Below the pieces are notes generated by a model that worked only from the letters and a program-made list of their open reading frames with translations, searched no databases and was not told the origin of the DNA. Below are positions 1 through 11,741 of a DNA stretch of 64,000 bases, piece by piece. The stretch covers positions 25,358,001 to 25,422,000 of the forward strand of contig OZ004607.1 of the NCBI GenBank assembly GCA_963924565.1, written 5' to 3'. Origin of the DNA: Ascidiella aspersa. Its lineage: Eukaryota. A program made the position numbers and the translations under genes. How positions within the stretch are numbered: position 1 is the first letter of the stretch; every line of letters begins with the position of its first letter.

Positions 1-3000
1 AGCCGAAATTAAAGAATTATCTTTGAAGGCTGACAAGCTTTCAGTCGAAAGAGCTCAATTTGAGGCGGAATGTGAAAAACACCTTAATTCAAGCTGTGAG
101 TTACACACAAGTTTAACCAAAGCTGAACAAGAAAAACTTCATGAATCTGAACGGTTACAGGAGAGTGTTGCGAAATGCATTGCCTTGGATGCAATAAATT
201 CACAAGCCAAGGTTGAAATAGAAGCAATGAAGCAAAAAATTGACCAAGGTTTGAAGGAAAAGGAACACCTTCAAACTGAACTTTTAAACTCACAAAGTTC
301 TAATGCTGATTTACATGCAACTTTAAAACAAATCGAAAAGGAAAAAGATGATATTGGTGAAGAGTTAAAACAAATTGTTTTAAAATGCACTTCCCTGGAA
401 GAAGCTAACAATCATTTTAAAGTAGAAATGGAAGCTATCAACAGTAAGCTGAAAACAGTTATCGATGAAAAGGATCAACTTGAAACTGATGCTTCACTGC
501 AAATAATTTCCTTTGCTGAATTACAAACCCAGTGTTATTCCTTAGAAGAAAAAGTAACTACTTTGGAAATGGAGCTGAAAATGTCACAGGGGTCAGCTGA
601 TGAAAATATCACTGCCCTGAGGTAATAAAATAAACTATTAAATGCTGGTATCAGTAAGCTAACATTTCCTTGTTTTATTAGCTAGACTAAAAAATATATA
701 ATAGCTTAAATTACCAGAAAACTGTAACTGCTTTTTACAGATGTGAAACCTCTGACTTGAAAGAAAAAATTGAGAAGCTTTTAGCCGAAAAGTTAGCAGC
801 CGAGCAATGTTTGGCTGAAGAGAAGAGTAATATTGAAACTCTGCAACTTGGCCTGGACAAAATCAAACAAGAAAATGCAGACCAGATTTCTAAAATTGAA
901 TCATTAGAACAGCTTTTAAACGCATCTGAGGATTGTGTTTCAAGGTGCCAATCTAAAATAAATGATTTACAGAAAATACTTGCTAGACCTAAAAGACAAG
1001 TATTTTTGTTTATAATACATTTCTATATAATTTAACATGTATCATATATTTGTCTTACATTTGCATATAAATAAAAACAATTGATTTGGTAAGATTATTT
1101 GTAGGATTATGTTTTAAACTGCATTTTATATAAAACTGCAGGTTAAAAGATGCCGAATTGCAGCATACTGGTCACAAGCAATCCCTTGCAGAAGAACTCC
1201 AATCTGTTAAAGATAAACTAAGCCAGGTATCTAGATACACTTTTAAGTAACAATTCTAGTTAGGTGGAATATTAAAATGTCATAAATAAACCGGACAACA
1301 GTAAACCTTAACATCATGACGATTATTTTTTACTTGGCAAAAAGTCTAAATTTTTCAAATTTCACATGTTAGGTGTTCGGTGTCAAAATTGTCTAAAATC
1401 TTTTTCAAAAAGACTGCTGATCGTAAGATTTGCTGATCATGGGCTGATTACTGTAAGGATTGACATATGTGACCAGTCAGGGGCATATTCACAAATCAAA
1501 AATAGAGGGGTTCCACATTTTCAACTAATGGAATTCCCCCATTTTTGGTTAGATGTTAATGAGTAATCACGCCAGAAAACAGTGACAGATATGACCTCAT
1601 TAAAAATAGGAAAAAACCTTATCAGAAACAGCCAATTATTGTCCAGTGAAAGCAAACCTTTGATTTCACCAATTGATTTTGGCACATTCATAGTTTGTCT
1701 ATCAGCAACACAGTTTCCTAAGTTCCATGCAAGAAACTATGCTAAATTACAAGCACACCTTTCACCACCTGCAATACAAACAAAGATACTTTCCCCATGC
1801 AACATCTTACCGCAGCTGTGTGCCAAGTCAGCTCAAGTCCAACCTGCGGTTGTTAAATTAAATGGCGTCAATCTACACTAATCATGTGGTATAAGAATAT
1901 GCCTGTAGAGAATATTTTTGTGGTAACTATCATTAAATACAAAATGGAGATTTTTAAACGCACCTGACAGTTACAGTTAGACCACTTTTTAAGAGAATAT
2001 AAAGTTAAAAAAGTTACACCAACACTGTATATAATCGCAAGCAGGGACAGCCAGGACATTAACTGCGTCTAACATGATGCTTTAACAAGAAAAAGCAATA
2101 AGGCATGATCTAGTGTTGATTATTGTGGACTATTTTTATCCTTTGTACATAAACTCATGTTTCATTGCAAAATTATTTCTGCGTATGGAATAAACCATTC
2201 TATTCACTAATCTGTCAAATACACACTATCCGATCAGCCAACCTGAACGAATAAAGAAAGGTGACAGAAAAAAAACATGTTGTGTCTGCATACAAGCGTT
2301 TGTGTTTGATTTTGGTTTCGCATTAGCTGCAGACGGGTGACCCATTCACATTAAAAAAAACTAATAAAAACAATAATAGCACTTGGAAAAAAGGGGCGCC
2401 TGAACTCCGAACCTTTGGGTTCAACTGATCATCAGCCAAAAAAAGTATCCTAGCAATTAATTGATGCAAAATATCATTTTTAGGACCTAAATTAGGTCAT
2501 AAAATTAGTTATACATCATGTGATTTTAAAACCCCTGTTTTTTGCAGATTGAAACTGAAAATCAATTAAAGTCAAAACAGTTATCTGATCTATATGCCGA
2601 AAAAGAAAAGTCAATGCTCGAAATTGAAACTTTGCAAACTTCCAGCACTGCGGTAACCTTTCTTGGTTTACCACTTCTATTTGTATTTTTTGTTTTCATG
2701 CCATTTATTTGTTCTTTAGAAATCATCCGAAAGTGAAGTCAAAATTACCCAACTACTGAAATTAAATGAACAAAACAACCTGGAAAAAAGCAATATTGAC
2801 TCAGAACTTCAGCAATTTAGGCTGAATTATTCTAAACTGCAGGAGGTCTGGCTTACTTTTATACAGGAGTTTAAGTATTTTGAATATTTACTGCTACCAG
2901 ATAAAACAGCCCCCAAAAAGGTTCCTTAAAGCTTCAAAACTACATTTGTTGTAGGTTTCAACCAAAGTAGTTTTCTTCAGCAGTTTTACTTTCATCCCCT

Positions 3001-6000
3001 TTTTTGATAACCCTCCATATGCTGCCGTAAGGACAGTTTCCCTCCGTATCCGAATCCTTTATGTTTTATTATTGATTTTTAGCTGCCCACAATTTAATAA
3101 TTTGTAAACATATTATTATAGTTTTGCTACTTTGAACTACCAAAGTGAAAAACATTGCCTGGCAATGAAGTATGCGCAAAAATATGTCACCATCTGCACA
3201 TCACCTGAGCTTTGTAGTCACACCTTATTGTTCATAACTTGAAAAGGCAGTGCATGAGCAATCACTATCTAGAGTATTTTAATAGACATTATTATAATTC
3301 ATTTCATGGTCTTAACTTAATTCCATGATAGTCAACTGGCTGTATTATTAAACTTTAATGTACTGAACCAAGTATAAAATTATATTTAACTGAACTGATA
3401 TTTCTTTCAGGATGAATGTGTTTGTGTGATCCATACTGTAATAATTGTTTGTGTTTTTTACCTGACTTAACATTGATGATTGGATGTTGTGACGTGCATT
3501 TAACGTATGTCATTTTGCTCAACCAATCAAACTACTAGGATTTATCATGTCTGATTGTTTGTTTGCTGTTATAACTTAAAGTTAGTTTGGAAACATATAG
3601 GCAATGCTGTGTTTAAATCCTTTTGCATTCTAAGTTTTTATAAAATTTAGCAATCAGTTTAAATTATATTATGATTTCAAAACAAATATTTTGAATGTTG
3701 AATTAGCATGAAATTTTACTTGTTAAAAAATATAAAAAAGTGCTCTATGTTTGAAGTAGTATACTGTGCCTGATGATCATTTTTGCCTGTTGACGATTTC
3801 TTTCTTGCCTTTGCTCCATAAACATCACAGTTATTTGTACTAATGCGGCCATGTTTTACAGAACCATAGTAGCCTTGAGTCTAAAGCTGGACAACTTAAC
3901 AATAGCATCGATGTTCTTAAGCAAGAAAAAGAAATGTTGCAAACTGAAAAAAATCAGGTAAGTCAAGTTTTTATATTTTTGGTAATAAAATCCAATCTGT
4001 AGTAAATATAACTATTAATATCGGCCAGGGTGTCCAACCTGTGGAATTAGGTGGACCTAAAATAGATTAATAACATTTTTTTAATGTTTTGAAATTGCTG
4101 ACCAACCAGTGTTAACAATTCATATTAAGCAATTGAGATGTTTGTTACACCCTATTTTGTAATGTCACAAACAAACTGAACTAAAACAAATAACAGGATA
4201 TTTTTGAGGATCTATATTGTTGGTTGTTGTTTGGATACCTTCTATAACAGGGTTGGGCAATTTTTTTTCAAAGCGGACCGCATAAGAAACAGAAAATGTC
4301 TTGGTGGGCCGTGTCAAAAAAGTCATTTCTAATACACATAATACAAAGTGTAATTTATGTTAAAATATTCTTTAAATAGCTTTGATTTGCCAAACTGGTA
4401 AGAGTTGGAATAGGCGAGAATGCCTTACATAAGTAGTGTATTAAAAATTTATTCTTAAAAATGAAAATAAATGTTAAAGCCTAATTTTGCCAAAAAAAGT
4501 TTTATGGAAAATGAGCCGCGGGCCTGATTATTGCTTGGTAGGCCGTACTTTGCCCAGGTCTGTTCTATAATAACGTATTGTAATAACTTTTGATGTTTAT
4601 TTAATAGATTGTCCAATAACAAGTGACTTGTTATGTGTAGATTTATTTCAGTACCTATTGTTAAACCAACATACAAATATTTTAGCTCACTGAACTGGCA
4701 GAAGTACTTCAAGCCAAGGTGAAAAAAATGGAAAAGAGGTAAATAACTCCGAAATATACATGATTTTTTATTTAAATCTTCTTCTAAATGGGCCTCTCTT
4801 AATACTATCATCTTCTATATAGGAATGAGTTAAATGCCAAGATTGTTAGAGTATAATTAATTATCACAAATCTATTAATTTATGCACCTTTTTTACTTTT
4901 CACCAAATATCTATGTTATGCCAGTATACTTTTACAAATGTGAAAGTATACAAAAATATTTTTATCTAAAATAATTTGGTCCATTTCAGCTTGCCGGACA
5001 TAGAAGAAAGGTAATATCAAGAAACGCATGAACTTATGCATGTTTTGCATGTCAGAACCTCCATTGTTTTGCTTTTATCATTATATTTCATTTATCTGAA
5101 TTTTTCTACATATTTGGCACTTTTCTTTCACGCCCCTAAACAGGTTTTTAAGCTTTCAGAATCGTTTTGTTATTTTTTCCTTTTTAAAACGCTATTATTT
5201 CTTTAATAAAGCTAAATCATGCGTATATTTTTTGTCATCATTTTTTAATCTTCCTGTTTTTTTTTATTCCTCAGCAACTTTGTTTACTTTTGTATTCACA
5301 TATCCAAAAATACCTGCACCGCCATGGTTTTCATAAAACATGTCCATTTCTGATATAAATGCATGCAACACTTTTTTATTTTATTATCGCAATTTGTTAT
5401 CTTTGTTCATTCCATACACGACAAACTTCCTAAAACTTGTTGTAAAATAGGGAGGCGGTTTTAAAGAAAGAGTTTTCTCAAGAACGAGAATCCCTGCAGC
5501 GATCCCTCGACATCACAACATCGCTTCTGGAGGAAAAAAACAAGGAGATGGATGCCTCCAATCGCGAGGTGAGTCGTTGTAATTTCTTGAGCAACTAATC
5601 GCACAAGCATTTTTTAAGTATACCTTTCCTTATTGTGAAATATCTAAATAGAGTTGGGTGTTATAACTAGTACAGTTTGTAAGCCGTTATCGTTGGTCAA
5701 ACTTCAGAAAGGGCAAGATCACAATTGTTTTTTATCTGCCATTGACTGAATGTAGTACTGTAGAAATCCTCAAATATAAAGTTGTTTTATACTGACAGAA
5801 TGCAAGCAATGGTGTCATGGTTGTTTCTCGATTGCTCACCTCTGAGTTATTTTAGATTAGTTGGTAGAGTGACGGGCCCAGTATGGCTGGAGGTCCTAGG
5901 TTTGCACCTTACCACAGGCTATTTGTTTTTCGGGCCTGGCTTGCTTGCATGATTGATAGACTGATTTGCTTAGTCTAACGAAGGCTAAAAGTAAGTAATT

Positions 6001-8635
6001 ACATTCGTAGAAATTTTCGGGCGAACATTTTGGCTGATTTATTTTAAACGCAGAATTAGGACGTATCCTTTTTTTAACAGGGCAGCAATTTCGGAAAACT
6101 AAATTTTATTGTTTGTTTGATATTTAGATAACATACCTGAAAGGTGAATTTGTGGTGCAAGAAAGTGTTAAGGAAAGATTGAAACAAACCGAGTCCGAAA
6201 AGGATCAGTTGTTTGAACAAGTTCAGCACCTCAAGCAACAAGTGAAAAGTGGAGGTAATTATTCAACGACTTTTTACTTACATGATTTCATCGTTTCTTG
6301 ATACATTGCTTGTAAACTGGCTTTAACTAGCACCAATGCCAGTCGCAAAAATAAAAATAAAATTTGACATGTCTAGTTTACAGAGCAAACAACATCGTAC
6401 CAATAGCACACAGGCATATACGACAAAGTAAACTTATGGAACGTATGAAAATATACATCAAAAACTAGCGAGTGCGGTGTGTGTATTACAATGCTTGGTC
6501 TCTCAATTCGTGTAAAACATCTTTGATGTTAAGCAGAGACTTCGCTGCCCAAATGAACCCAAAAACGTCGCACCATATGAAAACTAACCTTGGCTAAACT
6601 TAGTCTCCCTCCCCCCTGTTGCCACAGCAACCACGAACGGCGAGGGAGGCGCTGGAGACGGAGGAAGCGCCGACTTCCTGAACGCCGTCATCGTGAACCA
6701 GCAACAGAAGATCGCCGAGCTCACCGACAAGATCAAGGAGCTGGAAGACCTCGCCCTTAACGGTGACGCAGAGCTGGATGACCTCGACGAGTGAGTAGAA
6801 TGACGAAGTGTCCTTAAATACTCTGCTATTTTTTCTATTATTTATAATTCGAAGGAGGCATGCTCGTGTTTTAGTTTGGTAAAACGTTTGATATTAAAAG
6901 CGATCGGAAAACTTGAAAAAAGTATATATACATTCGTTTGACTGTTTTGTTATATTACAGTCAACCTTATGCGTAAACTTCTGGACAAATGCGTTAAACA
7001 ACATTGTTATGTGTATAGTATGTGGCCTACTGAATTAACAGAGCAACGAGTCATCTCATTGGCCTAAATGGCCTAAAACCAAGACGAGCACTTCTGCGGT
7101 CAAAACTTACATTGCAAAGTCTCCTAAAAAATGTCCTTGTTTGTGTAGCGAGCAGCGCCGCCAGTTGCCACCGCGCCTCTTCTGCGACATTTGCGATGTT
7201 TTTGACGCGCACGACACCGAGGACTGTCCCACGCAGTCGATGGAAGCCGAGCCGGACCAGGGCGCCGACACTAAGTACGCCCGAGGAGAGCAGCGGCCCT
7301 ACTGCGACGACTGCGAAGGTAACCCCACACTAGGTTTTTACAACAGTCCTGTTTGTGGATATGGTATTATTGGGTGCAAAGCCATACCCATGCGTGACGA
7401 GTTGAGCCCACAGGCTTATAGGCGTCATGCAGTCGAATAACGACAAAAAACGTGCAGAGCTTATTTGGAAAAAATGCATCGATATCAAGAAGTTGGTGTA
7501 TCAAAAGCTTGATGGCTTCATACATTTTTAACCACGCCAAATCGGGGCATATGCACGTGATATATCGCGCTTATTGCAAAAGTCTGCATATTTTTTGTTA
7601 CAAGTAAATACCCTATTTAACCTAGGCAACGCCGGTTATTTCTTCTAGGTGTATTATATGTGGCAAAATAAAACATATAAAATACGAGAAAGCCAGGCAC
7701 AATCTTTTGCCTGCTACCGGTCGGGTTGACAAGTTTGATAGCGGCTGTCAGTGATTTATGAAAGAAGGTATTCAAAGGAAATATATACTTTATCATATAA
7801 TAACCTACACAGTTAAGCCTATAAAATGTGACAGGTAAAACGTGTGAAAGGTAGAAAAATACATTTGTACTATTTATAAAATGTGTAACAAAATATGCTC
7901 ATAAACTTGATATATAACATATTATTTATAAAACTTGCTATTTTAAAAATAAGTTTACTTTTCAGGAAATTGTTAACTTTATTTTGAGTGATGGTGATTT
8001 GACAGTGTGAACTAAAAATCTAACTAACCAACATTATTGCGGTTCCATAACATTAATTGCTACTCAGTAATATAATATTAAAGTTAACTTATAAAGTATA
8101 CCTATTACCTATGCTGTACTGCCAAAGCTTAATTAAGTATCATAAGTAATCTAAGCGAGTGCTATTCGACTATTTTCCATCGCGACCCAATATTATCAAC
8201 TTTTATTAACTTGCGACCAACTTTTAACGATGGCCACAATAAGGTGTAGTGGCAAAATAATTAACACAACGAACACACGCAATGGACTTTAATTGAAAAC
8301 ATTTAGATCTTACGCACTTAGATTTTACGCCATGCAAGTATAATTTATACCAAATCGTACCAAAAATATTCATGCCAAATCAAATAAAAGAAGGTTATAT
8401 TTTCTCAACCAAAATTAAATCTAACTTAAATGCACGGCGCACCTGAAAGGCTTTGCAGCCCACCGGTTGAGAAGCATTGAACAAGGCATTATCTTAACTA
8501 CAAAAAAGGTGAACTTACCTTTTGAATTTAAAATACTACTCACCCGATGTACTCTGGTATTTAAAGCTTATATTTAATTTATTCTCAGTATTCGGCCACT
8601 GGACAGAAGAGTGCGAGGAAGAGCAAATGTACTGA
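1..8635 (+). CDS. CLIP1: CAP-Gly domain linker protein 1 (CLIP-170/restin), 3' part: coiled coil plus two C-terminal zinc knuckles
   Basis: Exons <1-621, 741-999, 1142-1226, 2548-2652, 2720-2845, 3862-3957, 4686-4738, (4990-5010 optional), 5451-5568, 6128-6254, 6628-6790, 7149-7318, 8589-8635, all GT-AG. Ends ...DFLNAVIVNQQ...PRLFCDICDVFDAHDTEDCPTQ...RPYCDDCEVFGHWTEECEEEQMY*, matching the CLIP-170 C-terminal CCHC knuckles. One phase conflict at 973-976 (see findings). Confidence 0.93.
1478..1800 (-). mobile_element. Decayed intronic copy of the hAT-type non-autonomous element at 28800-29814
   Basis: Starts caggggcatattca (cf. TIR caggggcgtatcca). Reverse complements of ~1500-1550 and ~1715-1790 match ~29744-29790 and ~29520-29590. 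Far end not defined. Confidence 0.6.
4248..4562. mobile_element. hAT (Buster-type) MITE in CLIP1 intron
   Basis: Ends cagggttgggcaa / ttgcccaggtctg; perfect 8-bp TSD ttctataa at 4240-4247 and 4563-4570 with central TA. Confidence 0.85.
4990..5010 (+). CDS. CLIP1: Candidate 21-nt cassette microexon of CLIP1 (adds SLPDIEE)
   Basis: ccatttcAG|cttgccggacatagaagaaag|GTaata. Phase 2-2, matching flanking exons 4686-4738 and 5451-5568; no stop. Confidence 0.7.
5026..5365 (+). promoter_or_regulatory. Rbfox-type intronic splicing enhancer cluster
   Basis: GCATG 5026-5030; TGCATG 5037-5042, 5046-5051 and 5360-5365, just downstream of the microexon donor. Confidence 0.6.
5853..5920 (+). repeat. Decayed tRNA-derived SINE-like head
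   Basis: tagattagttggtagagtgacgggcccagtatg...ggtttgcacc carries A-box/B-box remnants; homologous to 30681-30737 (-) and 40289-40310 (-). Confidence 0.5.
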
Positions 8636-11600
8636 CACTTCCGCATCTCTACAGCTTCTGGTGGCAAACCAGGTTTTATCTTCCCACTCTCTGTCACCCC
8701 TGGTGGCGACTAATTCAGTGTTCCCTTATCGCTTTCTTCCGCAGTCCGTTACTTATGTGACGTCATTCGCAATACGTTTCCCGAACAACCACAGCTTGTG
8801 ATATTCTTCTTGGGTCGATAGAAATTAGATCCTGATTTTTATGTTCCCTCGTTTGATTTAACAGAGATATATATTTTGTTTTCGATTTTGTGTTTTTTTA
8901 TCTTGTTCCGCAACGATATAGCACGGCGGTACTGCGTATGGAACACAATTGTATCGACTTTCATTCAGGTTGGGCGGCCAGCTTTTCGCGAAAAATTGGC
9001 CTTTTGTATGTTAATTTTATAGTAGCAATATTTGCACTGTTTTCTGTGATTGAGCACATAACATCTTACGTAACAACGCTTTCGACAATCCGTGTATTGC
9101 ATTATACTCGTCAGACATATATAAGTAGCAATTTCCGTTTGCTTTTTATATTTAACCTCGAGAAGAATGTTTTGTATAGTCGATAAAGTGTGGTTTTAAA
9201 ACTGATGGCGTTACGCCCGGTAGACGCGTACATACATTTATTTACAGTTGGTAACTGAACGCAATTTATCGGTTTAAACTAAAGGATTGTTAGCTTTTCA
9301 TAACACGTACTACGGTGCCTTATCTCTAAATAAACATCCAACTTGTCTGCGAAGCTTGCCGCCATCCTTACGATATGAAATCTTTCAGCTTTTCTCAAAT
9401 TTTGAGAACAAGCCATTTGAAGTATCGCACTACTTGGTGAAGGGTGTTATTACTCTTTTTTTTTTGGATACGCGTGCTCAATACTTCGCATATTTATTAG
9501 TGCAACAAAATGTCTGCGATTAGTCTGCAAATTCATTGTATGAGTCTACAATTTTCGTTTCTGTCGCCAGACACCCTTTTCGAAGTAAAACTAAGTATTC
9601 TTGGAGTAAACTTCGACGTTTCAGTAACCGAGAAATGTTGCAAAAATATTTGTGCGACGTAGGTGTTAAGCCTCGAGGAATTCAATATTTCGCCTAAGTT
9701 TAGATTGTGCATTTCATACTTTTCATGTCGTTGCATAGGGTTTGCATACATTGAGCATTATAAGCTAATGCAGCCAGGTGGTAAAGAATGTCCATCTTAA
9801 TCTTTGCTAAAAAAGAACTGCAATAGAAGGACCCAGCGTAAATTAGTTAGTGCCTACCTCGGCCTGAAAAAGATTAGGTCTGTTTTCAAGAAAAGCATAT
9901 TTTGTTTTGTTTCTTTACTATTGGGAAAACTGAACGCTGTGTTCGCTCTCTAATTACCCTACTCAAATCAGATTATATAGTTACGCTGCAGTAAGCTTAA
10001 AAATATATGGGTTGTGTATTTTATGCTTATAACTTACAATGGAAGTAAATCTACGGTGGCAAAACTTAAAAATAAACTTATGTAGGCTTTACACACTTAC
10101 AACCATATTTTATTTTATGTATATATTAGGTGGATTTTTAACGTTTAAAGGCCCTTTTGCAAGGTTAACAGGCCAACAATTCCTAAATTAATAAGGCGTC
10201 GTGTCGGCACCGATACCAGCCTATAGTAGCGGGCGAGTGGTATCAGCTCGGATCCGATAAGGTCGAACATACCTACACATATGTATGAAATTTTTAGTTG
10301 CTTCGCCTTTTCGTACTACCACGATGCAGCAGTAATGGTGCTTATGTTGGTTTTAGACTTACAAATCGCACTACTTGGATGACTTGTAAGAGCGGCGTAG
10401 TAGGCTAAGGCTACCAGAGTCCGACGTGCGCATGTGCAGCAACAAATTTTATAAAAATTGTGATTCAAGCCGCTATTAGTAAGACGTATAAAATAGAATG
10501 AATGCGAAACGTTGAAAGCGCACAATTCGGCGTTAAATCACGCGTCGGTGAACAACGGCCACGTGTATAGGGACGTCGAATTAGGCAATATCGAGTAATA
10601 TTGCAGTTAAATGCTACAACACTAAAACCTTAATTGTGATTCGGGCGAAGCGAAATTTTTTTCGCATCTACGCAGTTAAAATACGCAAAAAATACAGTTT
10701 GAAGGGCGCCATGGTCGAGAAGTTGGCCACTTCTAAGCCAAATTATTTTTTTTATAACAAATCTTAAATGCTTGTTATTCTTTTCTAATAATAGGGTAGG
10801 CTACCGTGTTATATGCGGGTTTGATAAAGTTAGGGGTGGTGTTTGTGGTTAGGTAAACTCAAAGAGATTATAATCTCTTTGGGTAAACTGTATTATTGGC
10901 ATTATTCTGGCCATGTAGGTCTTATTCCGAATTGTGTTTTATTCCGACAACTGATGTTGTTCTTATTTTGCTATTATGGCTCGAGACCCTTTTTGACTGT
11001 CTGAAATTCATTTTTGAAATTTTTAGTAGGCTATGTGCGCTTTAGTTTCACCTATTCTAAATGACTGTCGTAGACAATTTAAAGATGTTCTGTCGACTTG
11101 TCTTAGACTTTGTAATAAAAATTCGCATTGATCACGGTTTTGTCATTGAATAATATCATCATGTAGATAAATTATGGCCCGCGAACGTTTTTTAACCCAT
11201 ATTTGTCCCTTTACTTAAAACGTTAAACGCCTATAATTTAAGTTGTAAGTCATTTTGTTTGACGTAATAACGTCTTCTTGCCATGAAGTACTGAATGTCG
11301 AAAAAATAATATTCAATTTAATTTGGGTTAACAGATGTGACCAAATGACCACTTAAGTTGCTGTTTATTCTAGTCGGACTTGATTTGTCCAACGACATAT
11401 GTTTCCTTAATTTGTCATTCAGGGATTTTAAAAATGGTATTTCGATACAACGCCACTCACCGCGGATTAACATTACTGTTAGTTCGGGGCAAAAAATAAT
11501 TACGGCACGCGAAGGCTATGGTAAACGCTAGTGAAAATATATACAGAACATAGAAAAAAATAAAATTAAGCGAAATAAAAATGGTTCTTTGTTCATAGAA

Positions 11601-11741
11601 ATCTAACCAATGGTTCACAAAAAAATTGTAACAAAACTTAAGCATCGACGTGATAGTGGTTTGGTTGGTGATTGTGTTGTCTGTGTTTTGTTTGCATTGT
11701 TGTAAAACTTTAAAATAAAAGTACGAAGTAACAAACTCTAA

